Assembly (NCBI RefSeq): GCF_036321535.1
Contig: NC_087436.1
Span: 27,344,001-27,408,000, forward strand
DNA length: 64,000 nucleotides
Source: Camelus dromedarius
Lineage: Eukaryota
Direction of reading: 5' to 3'
This document shows positions 38,451 through 51,639 of the stretch, piece after piece. The notes under the pieces were generated by a model. That model saw only the letters and a program-made list of their open reading frames with translations, searched no databases and was not told the DNA's origin. Made by a program: the position numbers and the translations under genes. Within the stretch, counting starts at the first letter, position 1; each line of letters starts with the position of its first letter.

Positions 38451-40263
38451 TGAACACAGAGAGTTTTCTAGAGGACAGTCTATCAGAAGGAGAAGCCTCA
38501 CCTGAACGTCCACAGCGGGGCTCTTTAGTAGCCGAGGAAGACTGTAATACATGAGGGTGACAATTGTCACCCAGCGTTTGAACCCACAGGAGGCCAGCAT
38601 GGCCAGGCAGTGCACAGAAGAGAGTCAGGGTTTAGGGCGGAGATTTGGGGTGACGGGAGGCTTTCCACTCTTTCACATCCCCCTTGGGGGAAGCAGAGCG
38701 GGAGCCAACAAGGAGCAGGAGCAGGTCCCGCAGCAGGAGGAGCAAATGGAGATAGCAAAGCTCTTTCATAGCCAAAGAAGTGAAAAGCATTCTAAGCAAT
38801 TAACAATAAAACCGTTCTCAAACATAGACATTTTTCAGTTAGTATCTTCTGTGTTCACTAAGTAACCCAAGAACAAACTGTCTTACAGTTGTTTTCTTTT
38901 TCTTCTCCTGGCAACCTTTAAACCAATATAAAAGTAAAGCACTTTAAAGAAAAGTATTCAAGCAGCTGAATAAAGCCTAATTATTTTTATTTTTGGTTAA
39001 ATGGAATGGAAGTAATTAATTGCTGAGTAAGTATGATACATTTACATGGTGATTTTTTTTTTTTTTTTTGATCACCAGTTACATTCTAAAGTTCCTGTAT
39101 GAGGCACAGCACACTCAACATTTTGAGTGAGTTGCAAATGTTTGGAAGCATCTTTGGAAGATTGTGTTTTTATATCTGTGGCCATTCATTGATCCCTTGT
39201 CAATTTACACAAGATTACATAAGCCAAAAAAACCACTACTAAAAAGCGTAATTCTATGTAATAGAAGTAGGAGAAACACTAAATACTTGGTTTACATATT
39301 GATTAAATATCATTTTGGTGCAAATTATAAGGTTTTACCATTTAAACTGTCGTCTCTGATTCACTTTTTTTAAATTTATTTACAGAATCCCAATGAGTAA
39401 TAAATTGAGCAAATTTTCTTAGGTTTTCTGCTGTATGAATATACCTACTGATTTATCTTTGCTTTTCGTTTAATTTCAAGGATAATTTACAAAATTTAAT
39501 TATAAGTTGGTAAAGAAACATTTCTATGTTTGGTTATAACTTCTTTTCCTTCTTGCATTTAATTTAAAATATGAATATTTTCCTATGGCACTAAAATAGT
39601 CATTATGAATTTTTACCCCTGTGGTATAATAATAATATTATTTTCTTTTATAAATGCTTATTAGTATGTCCTTTTCATAAATTCCTGTTCTTCTATAACC
39701 TAGATGTGGTGGGAACAAGACTGTTAAAAAGTAAAAACCCCTAACTGCTGTGGGAGAAGAAAGAGGAATTTGTACAGAGTCTTTAGAATGAGAGGACCTT
39801 CCTTGTAATACTTGACTTAGAAGCTCCTCTTATTTAGTAAATACAAGAATGTTCTTAAAACTGCCTAATCAGCAAAATCCAGGGCAGAGAGCACTCAGAT
39901 TAAGAGCCGTCCCTGGAAGCAGATGAAACTGCAATTGAGCCTAAAAGAAAGTAAGCATCTTAAAAATATATCCTTGGGCTTAAAATAGAAACTTTGAGCC
40001 TTTCAGACAGAAAGTGGCATTTTTTTCATTTTGCATCATAGCTCAGTAACACTGCCACCCTCAAAACTAGGGAGGAAATGCAACAGAAGAGAGGAGGAGA
40101 AATAGACTAAGAGCCAAGACGATGAAAGAAAAATAACTTGGACAGAGGATGAATATCACTATTCCTCACAGCAACAGTTCCACCTTTGGTAAAGTATTTC
40201 AAAAATGTCATTCCTCTTGTTCTTAACCTGTTTATTTCTATGAAGATATGAAATAAAGATCAC

Positions 40264-40400
40264 CTAGGGAGTCAGGTCCCTTGAGAGCAGAAACCAGGTT
40301 AGTCTTTTCAGTACTGAGTGCCTCCAGCAGAGTGCCTGGCCTGTCATATATATTCAAATATGTTTATGGAACAAGTGAAAAAACACTTGAATGGATAAAT
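40264..40400 (+). mobile_element. L2 3' tail
   Basis: 'cccttgagagcagaaacc...cagagtgcctggc...ttcaaatatgttt'. Confidence 0.7.
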
Positions 40401-40689
40401 TAAAGAAAGAAAGTGAAATCCCACAAATATTGGAAAGACACTTATTTTCCTTCATCTTCACTTATCAAGATTCCAGTGCCACGAATCAGCCAGTCTAGAT
40501 AGTTGGACACCCTTATAGATGTTTTGTGAAATGATTATTTTGTTATCTAAGATCTCATAATCCAGCATTTCTATTCATCCCATCAGAAAAGATGCACACA
40601 TATGAATTACATTATTTGTTTTAATAATCTAGTTAACGTAAACAACATGACTTTCATTAGTAAGAATTGCAGTGGCTGGCCTCAGGAAT

Positions 40690-40880
40690 AAGAGGATTGC
40701 TCTTGAGTCCAGGTATCTGGTTTCACACCCTGGCTCTGTCAATTAACTCGTATGTGCCCTTTGGTAATAATTCATCATTCTGCGCCTCAGATTCTTCATC
40801 TCTAAAACGGGACTACGAATATGAACTATTTAAGAGGGTTGATGTGAGGAACAAATGTGTTAATATTGGTAAACTAAATG
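40690..40880 (+). mobile_element. MIR
   Basis: 'ccctggctctgtcaattaact...gcctcagattcttcatctctaaaacggg...agggttgatgtgagga'. Confidence 0.8.
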
Positions 40881-41814
40881 AATACAATACAAATGAGGAG
40901 TTTAAATGCAACCATTGTTCTATTGCTAGTTTTAGATATCAGTGTTGAGATAGAGTTGATTGATGAATATTTGGCTTTTAAAAATTATAAATTTATAGGC
41001 AGTTCCATACATGTTTCATTTAGGGGTAAAAGACCTTTAAAACAGTGATGTTTGGGTAAGGTTGATCATTTTGTTTTTCTTCCCAATTTCTACATTTGTA
41101 AGTGTTAAAATAAGGTAGTTCTTCAAATGTCTAATATGAGGAATCAGGTATAGCATTTAAAAGTAAGATATGGTTTAGATCAAACTTAAAAATCTGTCTA
41201 AAGTGTAGTCATAAAATGAAAAATTACCTTTACAAATCCTATGCTTCAATTACACTTTGAATGAATTACACTAAAATGAACCTTAATATAATGAAGACAT
41301 GAAAGAATAAAACTATATCCCAAGTTTTTTTTCAATTTTAGACTGGGTAGAACACTATTCCCCAAAATTTTTATTCAATTTTTTTGAAAAATATAATTTA
41401 ATTTTCTGAAATAGCACCACTTCTCAAATGTGATGATGTGTCTTCATTAGAAGGTAGCTTTGCATACCAAGTATCCAATCACCCTAGGTCTACAGTCACA
41501 AGGGCCTCATCGGACCCACTGCACATTAAGTAGTTGTAATTGATCAGTTCCCTTGTGTAACCTAAATTTCTATTTGATCCAAGCTAAGTACTTAATCTAA
41601 GAAATTAGGCTCTATGCAGTGTGTACTTATTGTACTTGTAGCCTCTATTAGAGTCAATATCCTTAATTTTGTATTGTAACTAAAAATTTAATAATTGCAG
41701 TATAGGTGATAGGTTTAAATATATTAAATTTTGTACTTATTCAAACCTCACTTGACAATTCATTCATACTCAAGCATTTTATTCCCCATTGAGGCATTAC
41801 CTATAGGGACTCTT

Positions 41815-42010
41815 TACAAGGGCTCTAAAGTTAGATTTTTCTGAATTTAAATCCTCTGCTGCTCTCTGTGCTTTACTTTCCTCACCTGTGAAATGGGAAT
41901 GATAATAGACCAGAACTCAGACAGCTGATGTGAGGAACTGTGTTAACATTACAAAGCATGCCAGCAGACGCACCATTAGTGATCAGTAAACCTATGATTG
42001 GTATTATTAT
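41815..42010 (+). mobile_element. MIR
   Basis: 'ctctctgtgctttactttcctcacctgtgaaatgggaatgataatag...gatgtgagga'. Confidence 0.75.
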
Positions 42011-42011
42011 C

Positions 42012-43250
42012 ACTAGGCACTCTATTTGGTACTGGAAATTCAAAAATCATAATTACAATAATGAAAATAATGAAATATCACTACTACTATAGTAAGCACC
42101 TTGCATAATGAGCGCTTTTCTAAACTAATTTACATGCATAAAATTAAGGAATGTTACAGGCCTATAAAGTAAGTACTATTAATCTCCCTATTTTAAGATG
42201 AGGCATTTGAAATCTGAAGTTAAGTAATTTCCCTCAATATATAATATATACTGAGGTCAGAAGTGGGATTTAATCATTGTAATCTAAAAACTATGCTTTT
42301 AACTATTTTCTTATACCTCTGTCATCTATGCTCTATGCCCTCAACTAGTTCACAGTCCAGAATAGAGAAGGGGAGGCTGAAAGGAGAAGTTACAACTGAA
42401 AGTAAAAAGGCACACACATTCGTGTTTAAAGCAATAGTCTTCAAAAGCATGTGAAAGAAAATTAACTGTGATCTGGGTCTTACCAGATGATAGACATTCC
42501 CCACATGGGTGAGAAGGGCGTTTGTTTGTATACCAGCAGTGGGAGACGTACGTGAAAGGCACGTGCAGGAGTGTGTTGGATGCCAGAGTAAAGGCCAAAA
42601 ACGATGTGAACTGAGAGCAGAGGAGGCTAGAAGAACCACGTGGTGCCATGACATGAAGGTCTTTAAGAGCCATGCAAAAGTACATGAGACACAGAACAGT
42701 ACATTGGAAAAATCTTGCAATACTAGTATAAAAAAATGAGACAGTTTGTATTCTTGGTTTCTTTTTTTTTTTTTTTTTTTAATTAGCAAGCAAGGAATAT
42801 TGTCTACTATGACTTACCTAGCAACAGAGTGGATGGGATACGATGGTCTAGGACTGAGATAAAAGTGAGAAGACAAAGCAACTCTTCAAATAAGAAACTA
42901 AAGCAATTGCAGTAGAAATGCAAGGAAAATAATAGACTATAGAGCAGTTTAGGCAGTAAAATTACCACAATTTTTTGTATCAGTTCTCTGTAGGATTCTC
43001 TGTGAGAGACTGGGAGTCTGAGGTCACTCTGATGTTTCTAGCATGAATGTTTGGATGGATATTTGTAGAATGAATATAAAGATGTTTTGAAAAGATGATA
43101 ATCAGTTAGATTTTGAGCATTTGGAACCTTCAACTTCTAGAGAATAGAAGTATGGAAACATCGAGTGTATAGCAGGAAACAAGCTTTGAAGCCCAGGGAA
43201 AATAAAGTAAGGAAAAAGGCGGAGATTTTGGAATGAATGATCTGTGGTGT
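42012..43250 (-). mobile_element. L2 fragment, interrupted by an antisense MIR
   Basis: 'ggcactct...atgccctc...ttcacagtccag...agattttgagcat...ggagattttggaat'. Confidence 0.65.
42060..42320 (-). mobile_element. MIR
   Basis: 'aagtactattaatctccctattttaagatgaggc...gttaagtaatttccc...gggatttaa'. Confidence 0.75.
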
Positions 43251-43395
43251 ACATAGCTGCTACGTCACACAATGTAACTCTGACAACTGGGATTACTAAA
43301 AAGATACTGTCATCCTCTATTTAGCATGAACTGCTAAATTATTCCTACTACATAGCTATTTTACTTTCACAAATCAATTTAGTTGAAAAAACAGA

Positions 43396-43723
43396 TGACA
43401 GGGTTGTATTTTATCTGAGCCTGGTGTTTCTGGAAAGTAGTGATGGTCAAGAAATGCCCCCACCCTTTTGTGTTCTGGAAAACAGCTAACAAAAGGACTA
43501 TCCGGCTCGGGCACATTCTGCAAATAAACTTCGTCCACCCTTCAAATAAGACTTTCCTCATTATTCCCAGAAGACCCACTGATGACTCCCTTGTTTATCT
43601 GCTCTGTAAACCCCAATCCTTCCTCCTTTTCTTTGAAATGATACTTAATGTCGAGTGCTTCCTATTGTAACAGCATGAATAAAAATCATCTCCTTAATTG
43701 TTTGATGCCTTTCATCTTTCACA
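43396..43723 (+). mobile_element. ERV1 solo LTR (MER90-like; family uncertain)
   Basis: TG...CA ends, AATAAA near the 3' end, 4-bp TSD caga/cagc, 'aagaaatgcccccacccttttgtgttc'. Confidence 0.75.
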
Positions 43724-43939
43724 CAGCAAACAATCAATAGTGATTAATTCCCACGGAGAGTAATGGATCTGGTTCACCTCTTAGTTTACCCCTTTATTAG
43801 CCATGTAACACAGAAATTACTTTCTTTATTCCTGAATGTTCTTACCTGAAAATGGAGATTTTACATGCCTTATGTTTAATGTTTTATTTATTTTGAGATT
43901 TTACATTAAATCATTGACACTAGGGAGCATGCCTAAATG

Positions 43940-44900
43940 CTCCCCAAACGAGGAGCCAAGGCAGTTTCCATGCAACGATAAGACAGAAAGACAAGACATC
44001 CCCATTCTATCAATTGTGAAAGTTCAAAAGCTAATATTAATCTTTGCCTCCTCCCTTCCTTCACCACTCATTTTTAATAAGTCACTGTATCAGGTTGATT
44101 TTTACATTTCTTTTCGGACTTAATGCAACAGTCTTAGTATAGCACTCAACGTTTGTGGTTTATCAAAATAGTCTTCTAACTGCTATTCTGCGTGGGGAAA
44201 AAAATCCCCCTCACCCCTGTCTGTCTTCACAAAGATTATTTTATGTTATTTTTTATAATTTTTTTATTTTGTTTTGTTTTGGGGGGAGGAGTAATTAGGT
44301 TTACTTATTTATTTATTTATTTAATGGAAGTACTGGGGATTGAATCCAGGACCTCATGCATGCTGGACATGCACTCTACCACCGAGCTATATCATCCCGC
44401 CCCCAATAATTTTATTTAAAATGACAATATCAATTTGTCACTCTTCTGCTACATGATTTTATGTCCATTAATATTTAGGAAAAAGTTGACAGTCCTTAAC
44501 ATAACATTAAGCCCCTTCGGGATCTGGCCAATGCTAACATGTTTAGCTTCATTTTTCACTCTCTCCACGGCCATCTCGTTTACCTCTGTAAAATCTAATC
44601 ATTCACATGTTATATACTACAGTCATAATAAACTACTCTTGGGTCTCCAAATGGAAACTCTTACAACTCTAATTTTTCAAAAGAAGAAAACAATCCTTTC
44701 CAATATTCAACCAGCTAACTCTTATTGGTCCTGAACATTTCTTGTGGATAAATTACTCCCCTCCATTTACATTCTTATCAAACTGCACTGTTATCTTTTT
44801 TGTTTCTCCCAATACACCAGACATAAAGTAAGTAGAGCATTTGTTTTATTTACACTTAAATACGTAACACCTAGGTACTTATCACAAGGTAGGTATATTC
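43940..44900 (+). mobile_element. L2 fragment, interrupted by a SINE
   Basis: 'atctttgcctcctcccttccttcacc...gcccc...gatctggcc...taggtatattc'. Confidence 0.6.
44236..44404 (-). mobile_element. Camelid tRNA-Ala-derived SINE (vic-1 type)
   Basis: Reverse complement reads gatatagctcggtggtagagtgcatgtccagcatgcatgaggtcctggattcaatccccagtacttcc, plus 'taaacctaattactcctcccc' and an A-rich tail. Confidence 0.9.
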
Positions 44901-45170
44901 TGTATGAAAAAAGATGTCATGGTCTAAAATAGGTTAAGCAGGTTAAAATCCATCAAAATCCTTTTGTATACATAAGAATATTATTAACTATGAAAGGTAG
45001 CATTCAAATATGTGTTTTCAGCTTTTAGCCTACTTACAGAAGCTGCATAAGTTTTAACCTAATGTATGCAAACACAGTAACATTCTCTCTGTCTACACTA
45101 CGTCACATTAAAAATAACAAATGTATTTCATTAAATTTGGAGGCTATATTTGATATTGCTCAACGTAAAC

Positions 45171-45689
45171 TATAATAGAAAAGAACAAATCTGACTCCAA
45201 ATTAGATCTGTTTCTTTGGCTTTAACCCTGTGCCCGGTTTTCTAGGCTTAGTCTTACTAGCGCTTCACCTTTTGCAAAAGAATGTTGCCTTTAGCCTGAA
45301 ATATACAAGAGAGCCTGTTCTCAAGGCTCTGACCTTTAAGGATATTAACACTTTTGCACTATGTAAAATAACAAGTTGCAAAATGGAAAATAACATTTGT
45401 TTTGTTGGAGGTTTACAGGGGCACCATGATCTGACCCACATGGACAGCTATAAGAACAAAGAATTCCTACACCAAGAAGTTTGCAACAACCAATCACACC
45501 CCCTCCCCTTTTTAGTGTAAAAGAAGCCTGAATTCTGACTTGAGTAGGGTGGTTCTCCAAGACATTAGTCTGCCATCCTCTTGGTCTGCTGGCTTTCCAA
45601 ATAAAGTCATTATTCCTTGCTCCAAAACCTTGTCTCCTGATTTATTGGCCTTTCATGCAGCGAGCAGAACAAGTTTGGACTTGGTAACA
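45171..45689 (+). mobile_element. ERV1 solo LTR (MER41-like, Laurasiatherian type)
   Basis: 4-bp TSD aaac on both sides, ends 'ggacttggtaaca', AATAAA at about 45599, 'ctgactcca' near the start; 5' TG mutated to TA. Confidence 0.85.
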
Positions 45690-45854
45690 AAACTATATAT
45701 TGAGTAAATTATTCAGAATTCAATTTTTGAATATATGGGTAGACACACATATTTAGTTCATCATGATTGCCCTGAGAAGTAGGCCAGCTATTCATTCAGT
45801 AACTGTCTCCCCTTTGAGGCCCTATATCACATAGGTTCTTAGCAGGCTTCTGAT

Positions 45855-46070
45855 AAATCCTACAGACTTTTGGTTCAAAAGCCACATCTCTCATGTACCA
45901 GCTTTGTGGCCTCCACAGTTTAGTTGCCTTCTTTTTGCCTCCAGTTCTTCATTTAAGAAAAAATGATACCTATACTCAGTTTATAGATTTATTGTGCAGG
46001 TAAAATAAAATTACACATCTACGGTGGAGAACAGGTGTCTGTCAGTCTGTCACATAATTACTTATTGTTG
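45855..46070 (+). mobile_element. MIR
   Basis: 'cagacttttggttcaaa...cagctttgtggcct...gcctccagttcttcattt...gatacctata'. Confidence 0.6.
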
Positions 46071-46079
46071 TTTTTGGCT

Positions 46080-46760
46080 TGGATTGTTCCAGGGGATAGA
46101 TACCCTGAAAAAATCCAGCCCTCATGCACTGTATATTCTAATGTAAGGAGAGACAGTAATAACGTATCTGCACACACTAATGCAATATTTCAGTGTTGAA
46201 AGAGAAGCTTATATTGCAGTGGGGGACGGTTAACTGAATCCCAGAAATGCTTCTCTGAGGAAAGTATGAGTGACTTGAGAATTTAATGTGATGAAGAGCA
46301 AAGGAAAAACATTCTGCAGAGAGGTGGCACCATGAGCAAAGTTACCGTGATGATAGGAAGACAATGAGGAACTAAATGAAGACTAGAGGCGCTGATGGGG
46401 AGAGAGCAAAGGAAAAGGATGGGGCTGGGTGAGGTTAGAGAAATAAGTAAGAGCTGAAAAAATGCTGTTTGCAGCAGGGATGTGTGCCAAGATCAGATCT
46501 GATTTATTTGAATGATTAATCTGACTTCACTGTGGAAAATGGATTAGGCAAGTGGCCAGAGGGAATATTGATAACCCCTTTAAGAGGTTACTGCAATAGC
46601 CCAGGAAAAAGTGGTGGTAATTTGGGGATTAGGTCACAGCTCCTAAATATGGAAAGAAATGAATAGATTGAAGAGATATTTAGGAGGCAAAAGTTATTAT
46701 TTATTAATGAATTGTGTTTAGAGAGCAAAAGAGAGGAAACAATCTTAAATGGTGCTGGGG
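46080..46760 (-). mobile_element. L2 fragment
   Basis: 'ccagggGatag...gccctcatgcactgtatattcta...gcttctctgagga...gatcagatctg...aagaggttactgcaatagcccagg'. Confidence 0.8.
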
Positions 46761-47535
46761 GCAAAAAGAACTACGAGAGAGGATACTCTAGATGTGGCAT
46801 CCTTTTTAAAGTATAAATTTAAGTACTGGTACTGTTGTACCCATATATTTAAATAAGAGGATTAAAATGTATTCCTGTTGTATGAACTTTGAGACATTGG
46901 GCACAGATTTTCATATAGAGAATATATTTCATTCTTTTAGTCATTAAGTCAAGATGCTTGAAAACTCAATTATCTGAAAATGAAAGGAAATGAAAGGCTT
47001 TTGATACACAATCAAAAAGAACCAAGGAAAAAAAGGCATTAATTACATTAAAAAGGGCATTCAAATATGGATGAAAGCATGTGAATGTAAATATCTGACT
47101 TAATTCTTTTAATAGTAATTCTGCCCATCATCAGAATAATGGTTTATTTTTCCTATTAATTTTAATGCAGAGTGATTTTCATTAAAATGCTACAAAGGTT
47201 TGAGAAGTGATCTTAAAGAGCTTAAGTAAAGACTTTGCAACCCACTGAAATAGCCTATATGTATCAATTAGAAAATATTCAACAAATTTATGTCTCATAC
47301 TAAATATAAAATTAGTCTAAATATGGTATGTATAATAAAATAATGATATGTAATGTTGGAGTAATATGTTATAATTGACACAGTACTTTCACATAAATTA
47401 TTTTATTTATGTCTGTAGCAGTATAATAAATAGGTATTTTTGGTGTAATTTTAGAGATGAAGGAAAAGGATGAAGAATTGAAACATCCAAAGCCGAAGAG
47501 CATATTGCCTTTTGAACCCAAGCCTTCTGGCAAGA

Positions 47536-47670
47536 TTATTTTTATTTTTATTTTTATTTTTATTTTTATTTTTATTTTCTTTTATTTATTTATTTATTTA
47601 TTTATTTATTCATTCATTCATTCATTCATTCATTCATTCATTTATTCATTTATTTATTCATTTATTTATT
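47536..47670. repeat. Compound microsatellite (TTTTTA)n-(TTTA)n-(TTCA)n
   Basis: Visible directly; follows an antisense MIR remnant at about 47330-47530. Confidence 0.95.
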
Positions 47671-50600
47671 GCTGTACCAAACTAGAACTTGTGATATCAA
47701 CAGGAAATCATAGGCTGTAAATAAACAATTTAAGATCATGATCGATAGTTTATAAGGCTAGCAAATTCACAACCCTGTTGGGCCCTTAGACATCACTAAT
47801 TAATCATATTCTTTCTTGCTGAACTTGAAAGAAGCTGTGTACTCACAACTTTTCTCATTGCAATTTTATTGGCAATAACTTATTGGAGCAGAATTGATGA
47901 GTATAGGGTCTGTCATCTCAACCACAAAGAAGGTTGAGAAAATTGCAAGTAATATATAAATTTCATCTTTGCTTAATTGAGTTGTAGAAGTTTTATTTTA
48001 AAATATTCTAATTTGAATGATTAAGGGCAATTTAATAAGAATTTCAATGAATCTTTTCAAGTTTTTCTGTTTTCTTTAACAGAAAAAAAAGATCTACTCA
48101 TAAAGATCACGGAACTTACATAAGATTTCACAGCATTGTAACAGCAAAGGTAAGATTTGCACTCTGCTCTGTTTGAGTTACAAATGAATCCATAATTTGC
48201 TTCTTACTTTGTCTAGAAGAGGAACTGAAATGAAAGTGCACAACCACAGTAATTCTGCAATGGGTCTCCTGGATTGTTTTCCACAGTTAGCAATATTGCT
48301 ACATGCCAGAGGCATGCAGAGGCCAGGCTTGGGAATTAATGTCAAATAATGCAGAACTGAGGCTAAAGGTGATATATTCAAACCAAAATGGGACATTTGC
48401 TATGTTCTAATAGATATAAAGGATATCTATATTTCTCAGTTACAAACTTTAATGATTTCCTTGCTCGCATTTTATTTAGAGTAATGGGCATGTTGACTTC
48501 ACTGCAAACTTAAAGAGAATATAAGATAAATGAAATGTTAAATGTTTGATTCCAAGACACTCTCCAACACTACTCTTTCATTCAGTACTCTATGAGTAGA
48601 TTTTAGGTTAAAGACAAATATTTATTCTTCAATTTAACCCTTCTTGACAATACTTTTCAGAGATTGGCTAAGTTCCAAGAATCAACATTAATTCTAAATA
48701 TCTTTAGACACTTTCTAAAACTAGATCAAGTTTATAGAAGTAGCCAATTCTAGCACCTCATATGTGTGTTTAATTAAACACACATATAGAGGTTGTGTTT
48801 CTTTGTGTGCCATTAAAAAAATAGTAATAGTGTGTGACATTAGGCTGATTGAAGATCAAAAAATTATTTCATACTAGCAAAGTAAATCAATACTTTTTTA
48901 AAAAACAGAATCTATCTCAGCACTCTGAATCTAACTTTGCATGGCTTCTTTCTCTTTCCCAAATGATTCTTAATTGCTAGTAAAGGAAAATTTGAGAGTT
49001 GCCACATTGCACTTCTTTTCCTGTCTTTAAAGTTATCTTGTACATAGTTGCTGTTGTCATGGTTATTATTATTATTAGCATTATTACTCATGCACTAAAA
49101 TAATGTGCTTGATGCAAGCACACACATAATGACCAGTGACTTTTAATCTAGCAGAATAAGCAATGCAAATGCAAACTCACTCAAAGCAATATAGCTCATA
49201 TTTTGTATTCAAAAATAACACTGCTGACAATGTTAGTATGCATGTTCACATGAGAAAAGTTGGGGGTAAAATTACAATGTGTGAACTACTCTCCCTTCCA
49301 AAGAACATTAACCTTTCCAAGCAAAAACATACACTACTACTAATAATAACAAAAAATAGAAGTATCAATAAAGAATGATACTGTCAGTACTGAACAGCAG
49401 AGGGGCTGTTTTCAAAGAGGGAATCTACCATGTACAGTGAAACTCAATGATGAGATGGTATCAAAGAGGAAGGAGTAATCAACTGGGCAGTATTATTGCT
49501 TGGCTAGAAACGTCACCTGGAAAATTGAAGATCATTCTCTTGTGTGTATGGATCGCAGGGGCAGAGATAGGAAATATGCAGGTTACTTTAAGATTAAATG
49601 ACTTATTTCCTTACTATAGTCCAAGAGGGTTTGATATCCACTAAGAAAGGTTGAATCAACCAGAGGAGGGCCAATGGAGCTGTCAACACAGAAAATACAA
49701 ATTCTTATATTTTGTAGTATTTTAAATGAAGAACTGATTGTCCCCCCACAACCCCATTTCACCACTTTTATTGAATAATTTTCTGTAGCTTGTGATCTTC
49801 CATATTATACAACTCTGGGGGTAAAATTTTTAGAAAATACTGCTTTATTAATTAATTCGTATAGGACTGGCAGCCATTCTTCAAGACACACCTCAAACCC
49901 CATTTCTAATCTATACTCAGTTGTGTTGGAATGACACTCACAGTCAACCTTCTTAGATACTGAATGATAGCCACTCTTTTTCTTCTCTTCTGCCCCTTGT
50001 GGCTTGAGGGGACCTAATGCCAACATCCATGATGCTCACCGAGCTTGGTCTCTATTGCTACAGCTCCTCCTGCTTCTAAAGAGAGTCTGTGTTAGCCAAA
50101 TACTGCTGAGCTAATTTGGTAAAACCAAACTGATGTTGTTGTTAAACCGGAACTGAACTGAGCTCTCTAGAACCCTTGATAAACCCATGCAGTATTGTGT
50201 GGTGTCGTCATACACCCAGCTTCTCAAGTGAAGGAATTCTGGTCATTGTTTCACTCATTCCTGTCTCATACTTAAGATAAAAGCTAAATACTTTAGCAAT
50301 TTGCAGAGCTCTTCAAGAATTTCTGTCCAGCACTTTAATCTTAATTCTGTCTAATTGTGTTTGATAGGAAAATATACTAAACAACATATAATTTCCCATA
50401 TACAGCATGATCTTTCTCATCTCCCAAGTTTTTCAGGGTATTACTTTTACCAGAAATATTTTCTCAACTTTTTTCATCTTTTATTGTTCAAGATATTTTA
50501 TGTTTAGAGTTGTTTTAAGTTTGCAGAAAAATTAAGCAGAAAGTACAGAGAGTTCCCATTATCCTTTTATATTTTTCAAATGTTTAAAATGCTAAAAATA

Positions 50601-50899
50601 CAAAAATGAAAATCATAATCTTCTGAGTCTCCATCATCTAGAAATAATCTATATTGATATTTTATGATTTTCCTCTAGACTTTTTATAAAGAAAAATCAT
50701 TCTAGGTTCTGCTTTTTTAATATAAATATGATAAAAAGACACAAACAATTATTCAAGCAACTTAGAAAATATAAATACAAAAGTAAAACATAAAAAAAAA
50801 TTTTTAAAGTGAAACATAAAATAACACCCCAAATTGCAGTACAAGTGACCGCTCTTAACATTAAGTGGACTTCACTTTACATGTCTATTTCCAATATAG

Positions 50900-51028
50900 T
50901 AGATACTAGGCATGTATGACTATTGAGTACTTGGGTTGTGTCTAGTGAATGTGAAAAATTGCATTTCTAATTTTATTTAATTTTATTAATTTTTATTTAA
51001 ATAGCCAACCATGGACAGACAGCTGTAG
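50900..51028. mobile_element. MER3-like hAT-Charlie fragment
   Basis: 'gactattgagtacttg...tgtctagtg...ttttatttaatttt...tttaaatagcca'. Confidence 0.7.
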
Positions 51029-51639
51029 ATGTTATTCAGTGTATATACACAGATGAAAAACAAGAAACACTTTTTTAAAATGCCATATTTTGAATATTAT
51101 AGCATACACTTTATGTTTGCTAAAATGAAAAAGGGAGGATTGTTGATATTCAAATAAATGTATCTACTAAATAAAGAATACCACTTTCAGACAGATCTCA
51201 CTAAGGTTAATAAGATTTGAAAGACATTAAGATTTTACAGTCATTACAGTTCTCGTAAGCTCTGTGGTTTAATTGACTCCTTACAAAGAAAAGTCGTAAT
51301 AATAGCAATTGCCTAATTCTCCAATCTCTTCTGCCCTCACCATCATTTTACTTAGTTATGTTGTCATTTTAACATTGTCCAAGTTCATATAATTTATATC
51401 CTGTTTTATATCATAAGTAAATTTTCTGTAGCATCATTATTTCTGAATGTAGTCAATGCTCATAAGGAGTCCTTTTTCATTTCTATTTTTCTATTTCTAA
51501 GTGCTTTAATTCAATCTTGATTGAATAATAGTTTTACCATGAATGATTAATAGATATTGTGTTCCTTCATTTAAAAGAAAATGGTTGAGAATGTCTGTTT
51601 GTTGCTCTTATTTTTAAATAGCATTTTGATTAAGTAAAC

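Noticed and set aside
41815..42320. Oppositely oriented MIR pair as a dsRNA or editing substrate
   Set aside because: Copies are too diverged to pair extensively
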